Shown: positions 10,651-19,766 of the stretch, in pieces | Numbering within the stretch: the stretch's first letter is position 1 | Layout of the letters: every line of letters starts with the position of its first letter | Source: Chthoniobacterales bacterium | Lineage (GTDB): Bacteria; Verrucomicrobiota; Verrucomicrobiia; Chthoniobacterales; JAATET01 | Reading direction: 5' to 3' | DNA length: 64,000 nt | NCBI GenBank assembly: GCA_041748215.1 | Contig: JBGTDR010000176.1 | Coordinates: 213 to 64,212 of the forward strand | Made by a program: the position numbers and the translations under genes | Notes under the pieces: generated by a model | What the model saw: only the letters and a program-made list of their open reading frames with translations | The model's database searches: none | What the model was told of the DNA's origin: nothing

Positions 10651-11928
10651 TTAACGATTCACGAGGTAAAAATTGCCCTGGCTGATGGCATTCGCCTCCT
10701 CTTCGGTAATCCAGCGCTCCGCAAATTCCGGCCCCCACGAATCGGAAATCGCGATCTCCTTTGTCTCGTGATTGTAACCAATGATCATGCACATGTGACC
10801 GTTGTCGCGGTCCGTCCGAATGCTCCGGGCTTCTTTACGCCAAGGCTCCAGCAATTTCCCGTAAGCATCCCAGTCATTCACCGTCTCGCGCTGCCGGCTG
10901 CGGTCCGAAACGGCGCGGTTCAGCTCCGGAACGACAAACATTGTCCACATTAATGGCAGGCCTCTGTCGATCGTGCGGGCCACGCTGCGCGTCGTGATGC
11001 GACCCCCACTCGTTTCCAGTCGCCGTCCCGCCGCCCTCACAATCTCAGCAACGCCCGCCATCATTGCCTGGCTGGACGTGCCACCGCCCACCTCGGTCGA
11101 TCCAGCGATTGCCAGCATGTACATGTCCGCCGGAATGCCAAGGTACCGCAGGGTGCGTTCCCAAGTCGCGGGCACGCAATATCCCTTCGGACCCTGATCA
11201 ACCATCGGAATGTCGCGGATGATCACGTCGCCATTGGCTCGCTTTTCGACGCGCTCGGCAAGGCGCGCCATCAACTCAGCGTCACCAATCCGGTCGGCCG
11301 TTCCACCATCCGCAACGGTCGTGGGCACCACGCGCACGGCAACGTATTCGCCACGAGGAGCGGCAAGCAGGATGGCGTGACCTTGCCAATCCCATCGCGA
11401 TACCTTCTCCGCCGCGGCCCGGTTGTCTCCAAACGTGGCAGCCGTCGGCGGACCCAGGAGCTCAGTCAATCTGGCCGAGATCGCCGCGCTGTCCGCCTGA
11501 ATGAATTTTGCGTATTCCCGAATTTGCCGCGTCCGCTCGCGGTCGGCCTGAATTTTCGTCAGTCCCGGCGGCAGCTCGACAAGCTGCTCGACATCGCCTT
11601 TGTTGGCAAAAACCATCGAGATCTGCGCGACCTGACCGTCGGTGCCCTGCATCGCGAGGGAAAAGGGACGCGCCCCAAGCACCCGCATCTCCGGGGGAGC
11701 GTACAGGCGAAAACTCGCCGAATCCGTCGTCCTCGATTCCGGCCGCCAGCCCAGGCGTTTCCCCACTTCACTATCCGCATCGTCCCAAAGCTGATCATCC
11801 GCCCACAGCGGAACGCCGAACGCAGCGTTCATTTCTGTGGCGGAAATCGGCGCCGACTGAGCGAGCGCCAGCGTGGGCAGGAAAAAGGCGGCGAGATTGC
11901 CGAAGAGGAGGGACTGTGCAAGCCTCAT
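10651..11928 (-). CDS. Secreted protein with a C-terminal C39-like (papain-fold) cysteine peptidase domain
   Basis: Signal peptide (..TLALA-QS); VDQGPKGYCVPA (Gln, Cys), GHMCMIIGYN (His), ISDSWG (Asp). Confidence 0.75.
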   Translation of the reverse strand: MRLAQSLLFGNLAAFFLPTLALAQSAPISATEMNAAFGVPLWADDQLWDDADSEVGKRLGWRPESRTTDSASFRLYAPPEMRVLGARPFSLAMQGTDGQVAQISMVFANKGDVEQLVELPPGLTKIQADRERTRQIREYAKFIQADSAAISARLTELLGPPTAATFGDNRAAAEKVSRWDWQGHAILLAAPRGEYVAVRVVPTTVADGGTADRIGDAELMARLAERVEKRANGDVIIRDIPMVDQGPKGYCVPATWERTLRYLGIPADMYMLAIAGSTEVGGGTSSQAMMAGVAEIVRAAGRRLETSGGRITTRSVARTIDRGLPLMWTMFVVPELNRAVSDRSRQRETVNDWDAYGKLLEPWRKEARSIRTDRDNGHMCMIIGYNHETKEIAISDSWGPEFAERWITEEEANAISQGNFYLVNR

Positions 11929-11957
11929 GCACCGGAAACTACCGGCGCTTACTCATC

Positions 11958-13301
11958 ATGCGAATTCTTTTCCTGGATTGCCTGTCGGGCATCAGTGGCG
12001 ATATGGCGGTCGGTGCGCTCTGCGATCTTGGTGCGGATCCTGAGTTGATCGAAGCCGGCCTGGCCAAACTGGGCGTTTCTGACGAATACCACCTGCACAT
12101 CGGACGGCAGCAGCGGCAGAATATCGAGGGCGTCAAATTCGACGTTCATGTTTCCGGGCCATCCGCCGAGACCTCCGCGACCGGCGGTCACGGGCATTCG
12201 CATGGTCCGCACGACCATCATTCACACGATCATCATTCACACGACCATCATCACGACCATGATTCAGATGATCACCATCACGACCACGATTCGTCTCACG
12301 ATCACACGCACGGACGCAGTTTCCGCCAGATTCAGGAGATGATCGGTGCGAGCTCGCTGTCGCCATTTGTGAAGGAACGCGCGGTGGCGACTTTTCGCCG
12401 AGTGGCAGTGGCCGAGGGAAAAATCCACGGTCAACCACCCGACGACGTGACGTTTCACGAGGTCGGAGCCATCGATTCCATCGTGGACATCGTGGCCTTT
12501 TGCATTGGCCTGGAAGCGCTCGCCGTCGAGCGCGTATTGGTCTCGTGCCTGTTCGAAGGCACCGGATTTATTCGGTGTGCGCACGGGCAGTATCCGCTGC
12601 CGGCACCCGCAACGCTGGAGATCCTGGCGGGAATTCCATTGCGCCAAATCGATGAACCGCTGGAGTTCATCACGCCGACGGGGGCTGCGATTTTGGCCGA
12701 ATTCGGCACGCAATTTGGCCCGATGCCGGAGTTGACCGTCGAACGCATTGGCTATGGCCTGGGCACTCGCGACACCCAACCTCGCCCGAACGTGCTGCGT
12801 GCCGTGATCGGAACACTCACCGGACCAGCCAGCGACGCCGAGTCCGACACCGTCACCGAAATCACAACGAACCTCGACGACATCACGCCAGAACTGACCG
12901 CCGCCGCCGCCGCCAGCCTGCTTGCCGCGGGTGCGCTGGACGTTTTTCTCACGCCCGTGCAGATGAAAAAAGGCCGTCCCGGGGTGATGGTTACCGTGCT
13001 TTGTGAGCCGGATCGGGCCAATGAATTTGCCGAAGCAATTCTCCGCGAAACGACTGCCTTTGGTGTGAGAATTCACGAAACCCGCCGCCGGAAACTTCGC
13101 CGCGAGACCACGAGCGTGGAAACGTCCTTCGGTCAAATCGCCGTGAAACTCGGCTGGCTGGGCGGCGAATGCATTCAGGCGACCCCGGAATTCGAATCCT
13201 GCCGCGAAGCCGCAAATCGCGCCGTCGTTCCGGTGATTCTTGTTTACCGCGAAGCCAGCGCCGCAGCTAAAATCCAAAAACGGTCGGCAGCCAAAGACTG
13301 A
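11958..13301 (+). CDS. larC: Nickel-pincer nucleotide cofactor biosynthesis protein (Ni insertase)
   Basis: MRILFLDCLSGISGDM, His-rich insert, FHEVGAIDSIVD, PAPAT, TPTGAA, TNLDD, MKKGRPG, ETTAFGVR, PEFE. Confidence 0.93.
   Translation: MRILFLDCLSGISGDMAVGALCDLGADPELIEAGLAKLGVSDEYHLHIGRQQRQNIEGVKFDVHVSGPSAETSATGGHGHSHGPHDHHSHDHHSHDHHHDHDSDDHHHDHDSSHDHTHGRSFRQIQEMIGASSLSPFVKERAVATFRRVAVAEGKIHGQPPDDVTFHEVGAIDSIVDIVAFCIGLEALAVERVLVSCLFEGTGFIRCAHGQYPLPAPATLEILAGIPLRQIDEPLEFITPTGAAILAEFGTQFGPMPELTVERIGYGLGTRDTQPRPNVLRAVIGTLTGPASDAESDTVTEITTNLDDITPELTAAAAASLLAAGALDVFLTPVQMKKGRPGVMVTVLCEPDRANEFAEAILRETTAFGVRIHETRRRKLRRETTSVETSFGQIAVKLGWLGGECIQATPEFESCREAANRAVVPVILVYREASAAAKIQKRSAAKD
12189..12311 (+). 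repeat. His/Asp-rich coding repeat within larC
   Basis: HGHSHGPHDHHSHDHHSHDHHHDHDSDDHHHDHDSSHDHTH: 21 His in 41 residues. Confidence 0.9.
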
Positions 13302-14565
13302 GCGCCGGGAACGCCGTCACGAGCGCGAGCGCAACGATCATCCCCACGAAGCAGGGAATCAACGGCCGAACGACTTCGACCATTGAAACTTCGGCAACCG
13401 ATGCCCCGATAAACAAAACGGATCCCACCGGAGGTGTGCACAGCCCGATGCTGAGATTGAGCACCATGATCACGCCGAAGTGAATCGGATCGATGCCCAG
13501 AGGCTGCACGATGGGGAGAAAAATCGGGGTGAATATGAGCAGCGCCGGGGTGAGATCCATGAACGCTCCGACGATCAGCAAAATAACGTTGATCAATATG
13601 AGCAGCATCACCGGATTCGTGGTGAGAGTGAGCATTGCCCGGCTGATCTGCTGAGGCAGCTCGATGTAGGCCATCACCCACGACATGCCGATGGACGCAC
13701 CGACGAGGAACATCACAGTCGAGGTCGTCCGTGCTGATGCGAGGAGAATCGCCGGGATCTCGCGGAGCGAAAATTCCCGATAAAAAACGGTCGAAAGCAA
13801 AAACGTGTAGAGCACCGCGACACCGGCCGCCTCGGTTGGCGTGAACCAGCCGAGAATGATGCCGCCAATGACCAACACGAGCAGGAACAAACTGGGTAGC
13901 GCGTGCAGAAACGCGACCGCCACCTGACCGAAAGGCACTCGTTCGCCGACAGGATATCCGTTCCGCTTCGATTGCACGAAGGCCACCCCTGCGAGGATCA
14001 AGCCAAGCAGCAAACCCGGCAGGTAACCCGCCACGAATAACGCTCCAATCGACACACCGCCGGCCGCGAGCGAATACACGATAAAACCATTGCTGGGCGG
14101 GATGATCAGCCCGGTCGTAGCCGCGGTGAGATTCGTCGCGGCGCAGAAGGCCCGGTCATAACCGGCATCAGTCATGCGTTTGGTCATGACTCCGCCGATG
14201 GCTGATGCCGCTGCACCGGCACTACCGGAAATCGCCCCGAAGAGCATCGAGGAAAAGATGTTCACAATGGCGAGTCCGCCGGGCAGCGGTCCCACCAGGG
14301 CCTTCGCAAAATCGACGAGCCGCCGGGCCACTCCACCGGTGCTCATGAACTGGCCCGCCAGGATGAAGAGTGGAATTGCGAGCAGCACGAAGCTGTCCAT
14401 GCCCGTCGCGATGCGCTGGGCCATAGTCATCGCTGCAGGAACGAACGGAATCGTCAGTAACATCGTGCCGGTCGTCGCGATCCCGATTGCGAAGGCGATC
14501 GGCACGCCCAGCGCCATGAGCACAAAAAAACTGACGGCCATGACGGCGATCGGAATCCACTCCAT
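13267..14565 (-). CDS. dctM: TRAP transporter large permease (DctM family)
   Basis: GVPIAFAIG, LLAIPLFILAG, FGAISGS, IIPPS, TPTEAA, CTPPVG. Confidence 0.95.
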   Translation of the reverse strand: MEWIPIAVMAVSFFVLMALGVPIAFAIGIATTGTMLLTIPFVPAAMTMAQRIATGMDSFVLLAIPLFILAGQFMSTGGVARRLVDFAKALVGPLPGGLAIVNIFSSMLFGAISGSAGAAASAIGGVMTKRMTDAGYDRAFCAATNLTAATTGLIIPPSNGFIVYSLAAGGVSIGALFVAGYLPGLLLGLILAGVAFVQSKRNGYPVGERVPFGQVAVAFLHALPSLFLLVLVIGGIILGWFTPTEAAGVAVLYTFLLSTVFYREFSLREIPAILLASARTTSTVMFLVGASIGMSWVMAYIELPQQISRAMLTLTTNPVMLLILINVILLIVGAFMDLTPALLIFTPIFLPIVQPLGIDPIHFGVIMVLNLSIGLCTPPVGSVLFIGASVAEVSMVEVVRPLIPCFVGMIVALALVTAFPALSLWLPTVFGF

Positions 14566-14567
14566 GG

Positions 14568-15065
14568 TCAATCGATGGAAAGCGTTTGCGGCTCGAGCAC
14601 GGTGCGGGGATGCCTAAGGTTGAAGATCGCGAAAAAAACCATCAGTGCTCCGCTGACTGGCACACTCAGATAAACTGTGCCCAGCGGAAGCCCAAGGGCC
14701 GGGCTTGTCTGGCCGAGCGAATACGACAGACTGACAAGGCACCAGCCGCCGAAAAACATAACGGCGGCCGAAAACAGCAGAACGAAACTCTCGATCACGC
14801 GGTCCATAAAGACGCGACCTGCTCCGGAGCTTTTCGCGAGGAAATAATCCATCTCGAGGTGGAAACGCTGGCTCACGCCGTACGCCGCCCCGAGCGTGCA
14901 GAGCCAGATCATCAGAAATCTCGCGAGTTCCTCGGTCCACGAGCTGGGGTCGTTCAGGACAAACCGCGTAAAAATCTGCCAGATCACATCGAGCGCCATG
15001 GCAGCCATCAGCACGATAAGCGCTGTTTCCAAGGTGCGATCCAGGAGGGATTTGATCCGGTCCAT
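14568..15065 (-). CDS. dctQ: TRAP transporter small permease (DctQ family)
   Basis: WQIFTRFVLNDPSSWTEELARFLMIW, SPALGLP; lies between dctP and dctM. Confidence 0.92.
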   Translation of the reverse strand: MDRIKSLLDRTLETALIVLMAAMALDVIWQIFTRFVLNDPSSWTEELARFLMIWLCTLGAAYGVSQRFHLEMDYFLAKSSGAGRVFMDRVIESFVLLFSAAVMFFGGWCLVSLSYSLGQTSPALGLPLGTVYLSVPVSGALMVFFAIFNLRHPRTVLEPQTLSID

Positions 15066-15066
15066 T

Positions 15067-16041
15067 CTATTGCGAGCGGATGTCTTCGACCAGCGAGTGA
15101 AGTTCGGGACTGACTTGCTGAAGTCGGTCGTAAATGGGCCCAACCCGGTCCATGAACAGGGCCTTATCCGGCCGCGCAATGGTCACTCCCGCAGCGGCGA
15201 GCGTTGCGAGGGATTTCTGTTCCGTTTCGGTCCACAGCTCCATTTGTCGATTCGCGCCAGCCCGCACCGCCTCCGTCACCCACTCGCGCTCCTGCGCGCT
15301 GAGCCGATTCCACGTCACTTCACTGATGAGCACCATGTCGGGAATCGCGGTGTGTTCATCGAGCGAATAAAATTTGGCGATTTCGTAATGCCGCGACGTG
15401 AGGTACGAAGTGGGATTATTCTCCGCGGCATCCACGACGCCCTGCTGCAATGCCGTGTAGAGCTCGCCGTAGGCAATGGGTGTCGCGGCACCACCCAGCG
15501 CCCGGATGCCTTCCATGGCCATCGGACTATTGAGCACGCGCACTTTTTTTCCAGCAAGGTCGCCAGGAGATTCGACCGGCTTGTCCTTGGTGTAGAAGCT
15601 CCGGCTGCCCGAATCGAAATATCCGAGACCGCGCAACCGAGCTCCCAATCCCGCCTCGAGCAGTGTCCGACCCGTCGGGCTCGCCAGCACCCGTCGCATG
15701 TGCGCGTTGTCGCGAAACAAATACGGAAGGGAAAAGATTTTCACCTCCGGCACAAAACTCTCCACGTCCGCCGCGGCCACGGAGGTCATGTCGAGACTCC
15801 CGATCTGGAGGAGCTCAATCGACTCCCGTGCCGTGCCGAGTTGCGCGCCCGGGTAAAGTTTCGCCTTCATCCGCCCGCCCGAAATTTGTTCGAGCACGCG
15901 GGCAAATTCTTCGTGGCCGCGGTGGTTCGGATGGACCGTATCGAGCTGGTGCGTCACGCGGAGCACGCGCGGGCCGGGTGTGACATCCGAACAGCCCGCC
16001 AGCAGAAGCGGCAGCAGGCAGAAAAACGCAAAGAGTCTCAT
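15067..16041 (-). CDS. dctP: TRAP transporter substrate-binding protein (DctP family), predicted lipoprotein
   Basis: Lipobox LLAGC; YPGAQLG, DLAGKKVRV, ELYTALQQGVVDAAEN. Confidence 0.93.
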   Translation of the reverse strand: MRLFAFFCLLPLLLAGCSDVTPGPRVLRVTHQLDTVHPNHRGHEEFARVLEQISGGRMKAKLYPGAQLGTARESIELLQIGSLDMTSVAAADVESFVPEVKIFSLPYLFRDNAHMRRVLASPTGRTLLEAGLGARLRGLGYFDSGSRSFYTKDKPVESPGDLAGKKVRVLNSPMAMEGIRALGGAATPIAYGELYTALQQGVVDAAENNPTSYLTSRHYEIAKFYSLDEHTAIPDMVLISEVTWNRLSAQEREWVTEAVRAGANRQMELWTETEQKSLATLAAAGVTIARPDKALFMDRVGPIYDRLQQVSPELHSLVEDIRSQ

Positions 16042-16092
16042 GGGGGAATTCGGCTAATCACTCACGCAAGCCCGGGGCGGGTCAAGCCAGCA

Positions 16093-16905
16093 TCAAATGT
16101 CGTCACCAGATCCCGCCGCCCGCATCTGCTTTGCACCCCGGCACGTTCCGCGTTTTTTTGCGGCGGCCACAAATTCGATGAACTCCTCCGCTTCGGTGCC
16201 CCATGTCTGCTGCCGCGCCGCCTCCAGAGCCTGGGAGATGTTTAGCGTTCCAACGTAAAACAAATGAAACAGCCGCCGGAGCTCGAGCCGGGATCCACTG
16301 CTCACACCCGCGCGACGCAATCCCACGGCGTTGAGACCTGCCAGCACGTTATCCGCGTCAGCCGCCGCGAAGGGCGGGATATCCTTCCCGAAGCGCGTCC
16401 CACCGCGAACCATGGCCAATCTGCCGACGCGCATGTGTTGATGAAACACCGTGCCCCCGCCGAGCACCGCCTGATCGCCGACCTCGACGTAACCTCCGAG
16501 CAGGCAATTGTTCACGATCACGGTCCGGTTGCCGACCCGGACGTTGTGACCAAGGTGCGCGCCAGTCATCAAAAAATTGCCGTCACCCACGGTTGTGGCC
16601 GTTCCCTCCCCGGTGCCGCGGTGGATCGTCACGTATTCGCGAATTCGATTGTCATCGCCGATGCGCACCTCGCTCGCCGTCAATGGATCGTGAGCGAAAT
16701 CCTGCGGCGCAGCTCCAATAATTGCTCCGTAGCCGATGAAATTGCGCTGTCCCAGCGTCACGCGGCTGGTGAGCACTGCATGCGCCTGCACGACACAACC
16801 CTCACCGAGCACGACCTCCGGGCCAATCAACGCGTAGGGACCGATCTCAACATCGGCTCCCACCTGCGCTCCGTCTTCAACAATTGCGGTCGGGTGGATT
16901 TTCAC
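16093..16905 (-). CDS. lpxA: Acyl-ACP--UDP-GlcNAc O-acyltransferase paralog (divergent LpxA)
   Basis: Hexapeptide repeats; IHPTAIV, IREYVTIHRGT, HLGHN, HQ, LNAVGLRRAG; GTG start overlaps the radC stop. Confidence 0.85.
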   Translation of the reverse strand: MKIHPTAIVEDGAQVGADVEIGPYALIGPEVVLGEGCVVQAHAVLTSRVTLGQRNFIGYGAIIGAAPQDFAHDPLTASEVRIGDDNRIREYVTIHRGTGEGTATTVGDGNFLMTGAHLGHNVRVGNRTVIVNNCLLGGYVEVGDQAVLGGGTVFHQHMRVGRLAMVRGGTRFGKDIPPFAAADADNVLAGLNAVGLRRAGVSSGSRLELRRLFHLFYVGTLNISQALEAARQQTWGTEAEEFIEFVAAAKKRGTCRGAKQMRAAGSGDDI

Positions 16906-17603
16906 AATACGCCGTGTTCCCGAAAGCTGTAATACGGCCGCCGGCCGCCTTCGTTCGTGCCAAGGATGACGTGATCCAGGAAGCGGATTTGCAGAATGCC
17001 CGCCGCGTCGCGGATCCGAACCGTCAGCCTTGTGTCCGCTTCACTCGGACTCGGGTCACCCGAAGGATGATTATGCACCAGCACAAAACTCGCCGCGGAA
17101 TGAATGAGTGCCGGGCGCAAAATTTCCCGGGGATGTGCGATCGTTTCACTCAACGACCCGATTGAAACCGTCTCGACGAAGACGAGTTGGAATCTCCGGT
17201 CCAGCAGCAGGACCTGAAGCCGTTCGCGATCGTAACCGAGCATTTCCTGCCCGAGCAGAGCGTAAATCGCTTCCGGCGCGTCCAACCGGGGCCGTTCCGC
17301 GATGCCACGTGCCAGTCGGCGTCCGACTTCGAAGATCGCGGCAAGCTCCACCGCTTTGGCCGGGCCGATTCCCTTCGCAGAATTGCGAAATTCCTGAACG
17401 CTGCATTTCGCCAGAGGCACCAGGCCGCCCCGCGCTTTCAAGACGTCCTGCGCCACCTGGATCGCGCTGCGTCCCCGCGTTCCAGTACGCAGAAAAATCG
17501 CGATCAGCTCGGAATCGGTCAGGCTGCCCGGCCCGCGCTTTTCCAATTTCTCGCGCGGGCGGTCCGAGGAAGGAATTTCGCGCATGAGCGAGTCTTGATC
17601 CAT
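16902..17603 (-). CDS. radC: RadC-family JAB-domain protein
   Basis: RPREKL, LTDSELIAIFLRTG, GIGPAKA, HPRE, HNHPSGDPSPSEAD, LDHVI. Confidence 0.95.
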   Translation of the reverse strand: MDQDSLMREIPSSDRPREKLEKRGPGSLTDSELIAIFLRTGTRGRSAIQVAQDVLKARGGLVPLAKCSVQEFRNSAKGIGPAKAVELAAIFEVGRRLARGIAERPRLDAPEAIYALLGQEMLGYDRERLQVLLLDRRFQLVFVETVSIGSLSETIAHPREILRPALIHSAASFVLVHNHPSGDPSPSEADTRLTVRIRDAAGILQIRFLDHVILGTNEGGRRPYYSFREHGVL

Positions 17604-17611
17604 GGACGCGC

Positions 17612-17641
17612 AGCTTACGCGGCTTTCGCTCGCGCCGTCAA
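17612..17641 (-). promoter_or_regulatory. Putative sigma70 promoter, leaderless geometry, for radC-lpxA
   Basis: TTGACG-18 nt-TAAGCT, ending 8 nt before ATG 17603. Confidence 0.55.
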
Positions 17642-17684
17642 AATGCGATGCAGCGGGACGGCGTCATTACACCGAACAGCTCGA

Positions 17685-18152
17685 TCAGAACGGGATGTCG
17701 TCCGGTTCTTCGTCGGGCTGGCTGCGTGGTGGTGGTGCCGACGTGCGCGGCCTCGACGGTGCGGGTCGATCGTCGCCCGGGTCGTGATCACCCGATCCTC
17801 CGCGGCCCCCTCCGCCGCCGCCACCAAGGAGCTGCAAATTTTCGCCCACAACCTTGAGTTTACTGCGTTTCTGGCCCGACTGCTTGTCGTCCCACGTGTC
17901 GAGCTGCAACCGCCCTTCGATGAAGACCGGACGGCCCTTCTTGAGATATTCGCCGGCGATCTCGGCCTGCCGGCCCCAAAGCGTCACGTCGATGAACGTC
18001 GTTTCTTCACGACGCTCCGCGCCACCTTCACCCGGGATGAAACGATTGACGGCGAGGCCGAGCTCGGTGACGGCCGTGCCTTTCGGCGTGTAACGGACCT
18101 CGGGATCGCGCGTGCAATTCCCGATGAGGATCACTTTGTTGACGTTCGCCAT
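17685..18152 (-). CDS. ssb: Single-stranded DNA-binding protein
   Basis: MANVNKVILIGN, DPEVRYT, KGRPVFIEGRL, acidic tail DDIPF. Confidence 0.98.
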   Translation of the reverse strand: MANVNKVILIGNCTRDPEVRYTPKGTAVTELGLAVNRFIPGEGGAERREETTFIDVTLWGRQAEIAGEYLKKGRPVFIEGRLQLDTWDDKQSGQKRSKLKVVGENLQLLGGGGGGGRGGSGDHDPGDDRPAPSRPRTSAPPPRSQPDEEPDDIPF

Positions 18153-18173
18153 GACGGATCGTTTGGCCGGAGT

Positions 18174-18491
18174 TTACGCTGCCGCTTTCTCGACCGGTGC
18201 GTGGGCCGGAAGCACGAGGTATTTCTGAAGCGTAATATCGGTGTCGAGTTTGAACCGCGCGCGAAGCTTGTCGATCGTGGACGGTTCCGCCTGGATCACG
18301 AAGTTCACGAAGTATGCCGACGTGAGGTGATTGTGTTCGTAAGCGAACTCCTTGCGCTCGAGACGCTGGGTCTGCTCGATGGTCGCGCCTTCGGCAGCAA
18401 ATTCCTTCTCGAGGCGTTCGATGATTTCTTTGGCGGATTCCTCCTTGCCGCGCGTGTCGAGCGCGAGCAGGGCTTCGTATCGTTTTTTCAT
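18174..18491 (-). CDS. rpsF: 30S ribosomal protein S6
   Basis: KRYEALL..., RKEFAYE, AYFV; lies between pth and ssb. Confidence 0.88.
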   Translation of the reverse strand: MKKRYEALLALDTRGKEESAKEIIERLEKEFAAEGATIEQTQRLERKEFAYEHNHLTSAYFVNFVIQAEPSTIDKLRARFKLDTDITLQKYLVLPAHAPVEKAAA

Positions 18492-18515
18492 AATTTGTAA
18501 ATGGTGGGGGGCTTG

Positions 18516-19076
18516 TCAGTTGTATTGGTTCATGGCCGCCTCGAATCCGCTTTCCTGGGCGAGGACGATGGCGTTCGCCGCGAGGGTCACGGCTTCATCG
18601 ATGGCGGCACGTTCTTCGTCGGAAAATTTACCCAATACGTGGCCGTGCAGCGAGGCAAACTCCGAGCCAATGCCCACCCGCAGCCGCGGTACGGCCTCGG
18701 TGCCAAGATGCACCATCACCGACTCGAGCCCGTTGTGGCCGCCCGAGCTGCCGGAGCGTCGGAGCCGCAATTTGCCCGTTGGCAGTGAAATGTCGTCAAT
18801 GACCACCAACACCTCGGAGGATTCAAGTTTGTAAAATCGGCTGTAGTCGCCCACGGATTCTCCACTCAGATTCATGTAGGTTGTCGGTTTCATCAGAGCG
18901 ACATCGGCCCACTTGGCGAAATCCGCATTCCACTTCGGCACGTGGGAGAACAAAACGCCGCCCCGTCTTGCCAGCTCGTCAGCGACGAGAAAGCCGACGT
19001 TGTGGCGGGTTTTCTCATAATCTTTTCCGGGGTTTCCGAGCCCGGCGATCAGTCGAAAGCGGGCGTCCGGCTCCAT
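18516..19076 (-). CDS. pth: Peptidyl-tRNA hydrolase
   Basis: LIAGLGNPG, TRHNVGF, KPTTYMNLSG, GGHNGL, RLRVGIG. Confidence 0.97.
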   Translation of the reverse strand: MEPDARFRLIAGLGNPGKDYEKTRHNVGFLVADELARRGGVLFSHVPKWNADFAKWADVALMKPTTYMNLSGESVGDYSRFYKLESSEVLVVIDDISLPTGKLRLRRSGSSGGHNGLESVMVHLGTEAVPRLRVGIGSEFASLHGHVLGKFSDEERAAIDEAVTLAANAIVLAQESGFEAAMNQYN

Positions 19077-19086
19077 CGACCGGATC

Positions 19087-19746
19087 CTACTTCTTGTCGG
19101 CCCCTTCGGCGTCCGGCTTCTTCTCCTTCAGCACTTCGGGCGCAGTCGCCGCGGCGACGATCGGCTCTTCCGCAACGTTCGGTTCGGAAACGAGGAAAAC
19201 CGTGAGCTCTTCGTCGGCCAGCGCCGTCACTCCGGCGGGAAGCGGCACATCCTTGACGTGCAGGGAATCGCCAACGCCCAACTCGGTAACGTCGACCTGG
19301 ATCATATCGGGGAGATCCTTCGGCAGACACTCGATCTCCAGCGTGTGAACGAGCTGCTGCAAAATGCCACCAAACGTTTTGACGCCGGCTGCTTCGCCGA
19401 TCGGCTCGACAGGGACTTCAGCCTCAATCGTCTCGGAAGCCGAAACCGCGTGGAAATCGACGTGCAAAATGTCACCGCGCACCGGGTGGTGCTGCACTTC
19501 CTGAATCATCGAAAGCCGGTTGCCGCCCTTGGAAGCACCTTCGATTTCGAGTTCAACGAGGATGTTCTCGCTCGCGGAATGCGCCAGCAGGCGGGCGAGT
19601 TCTTTGCGATCCACTTCGAGGTTGGCGGGCTTTTCCGTGCCGCCATAGATGACAGCTGGCACCGCGCCGCGAGCACGCACACGTTTCACCGCATTACGTC
19701 CCTCTTCCAAACGAGGGCGGGCGGATAGTTTTACTTGATTGGCCAT
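19087..19746 (-). CDS. rplY: 50S ribosomal protein L25 (long Ctc form)
   Basis: VPAVIYG, QHHPVRGDILHVDF, CLPKDLP, DSLHVKD. Confidence 0.96.
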   Translation of the reverse strand: MANQVKLSARPRLEEGRNAVKRVRARGAVPAVIYGGTEKPANLEVDRKELARLLAHSASENILVELEIEGASKGGNRLSMIQEVQHHPVRGDILHVDFHAVSASETIEAEVPVEPIGEAAGVKTFGGILQQLVHTLEIECLPKDLPDMIQVDVTELGVGDSLHVKDVPLPAGVTALADEELTVFLVSEPNVAEEPIVAAATAPEVLKEKKPDAEGADKK

Positions 19747-19766
19747 AATTACAGATTGGTTGTTTG

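Noticed and set aside
16902-17603. radC as a marker of a mobile element
   Set aside because: It is the full-length chromosomal form among housekeeping genes.
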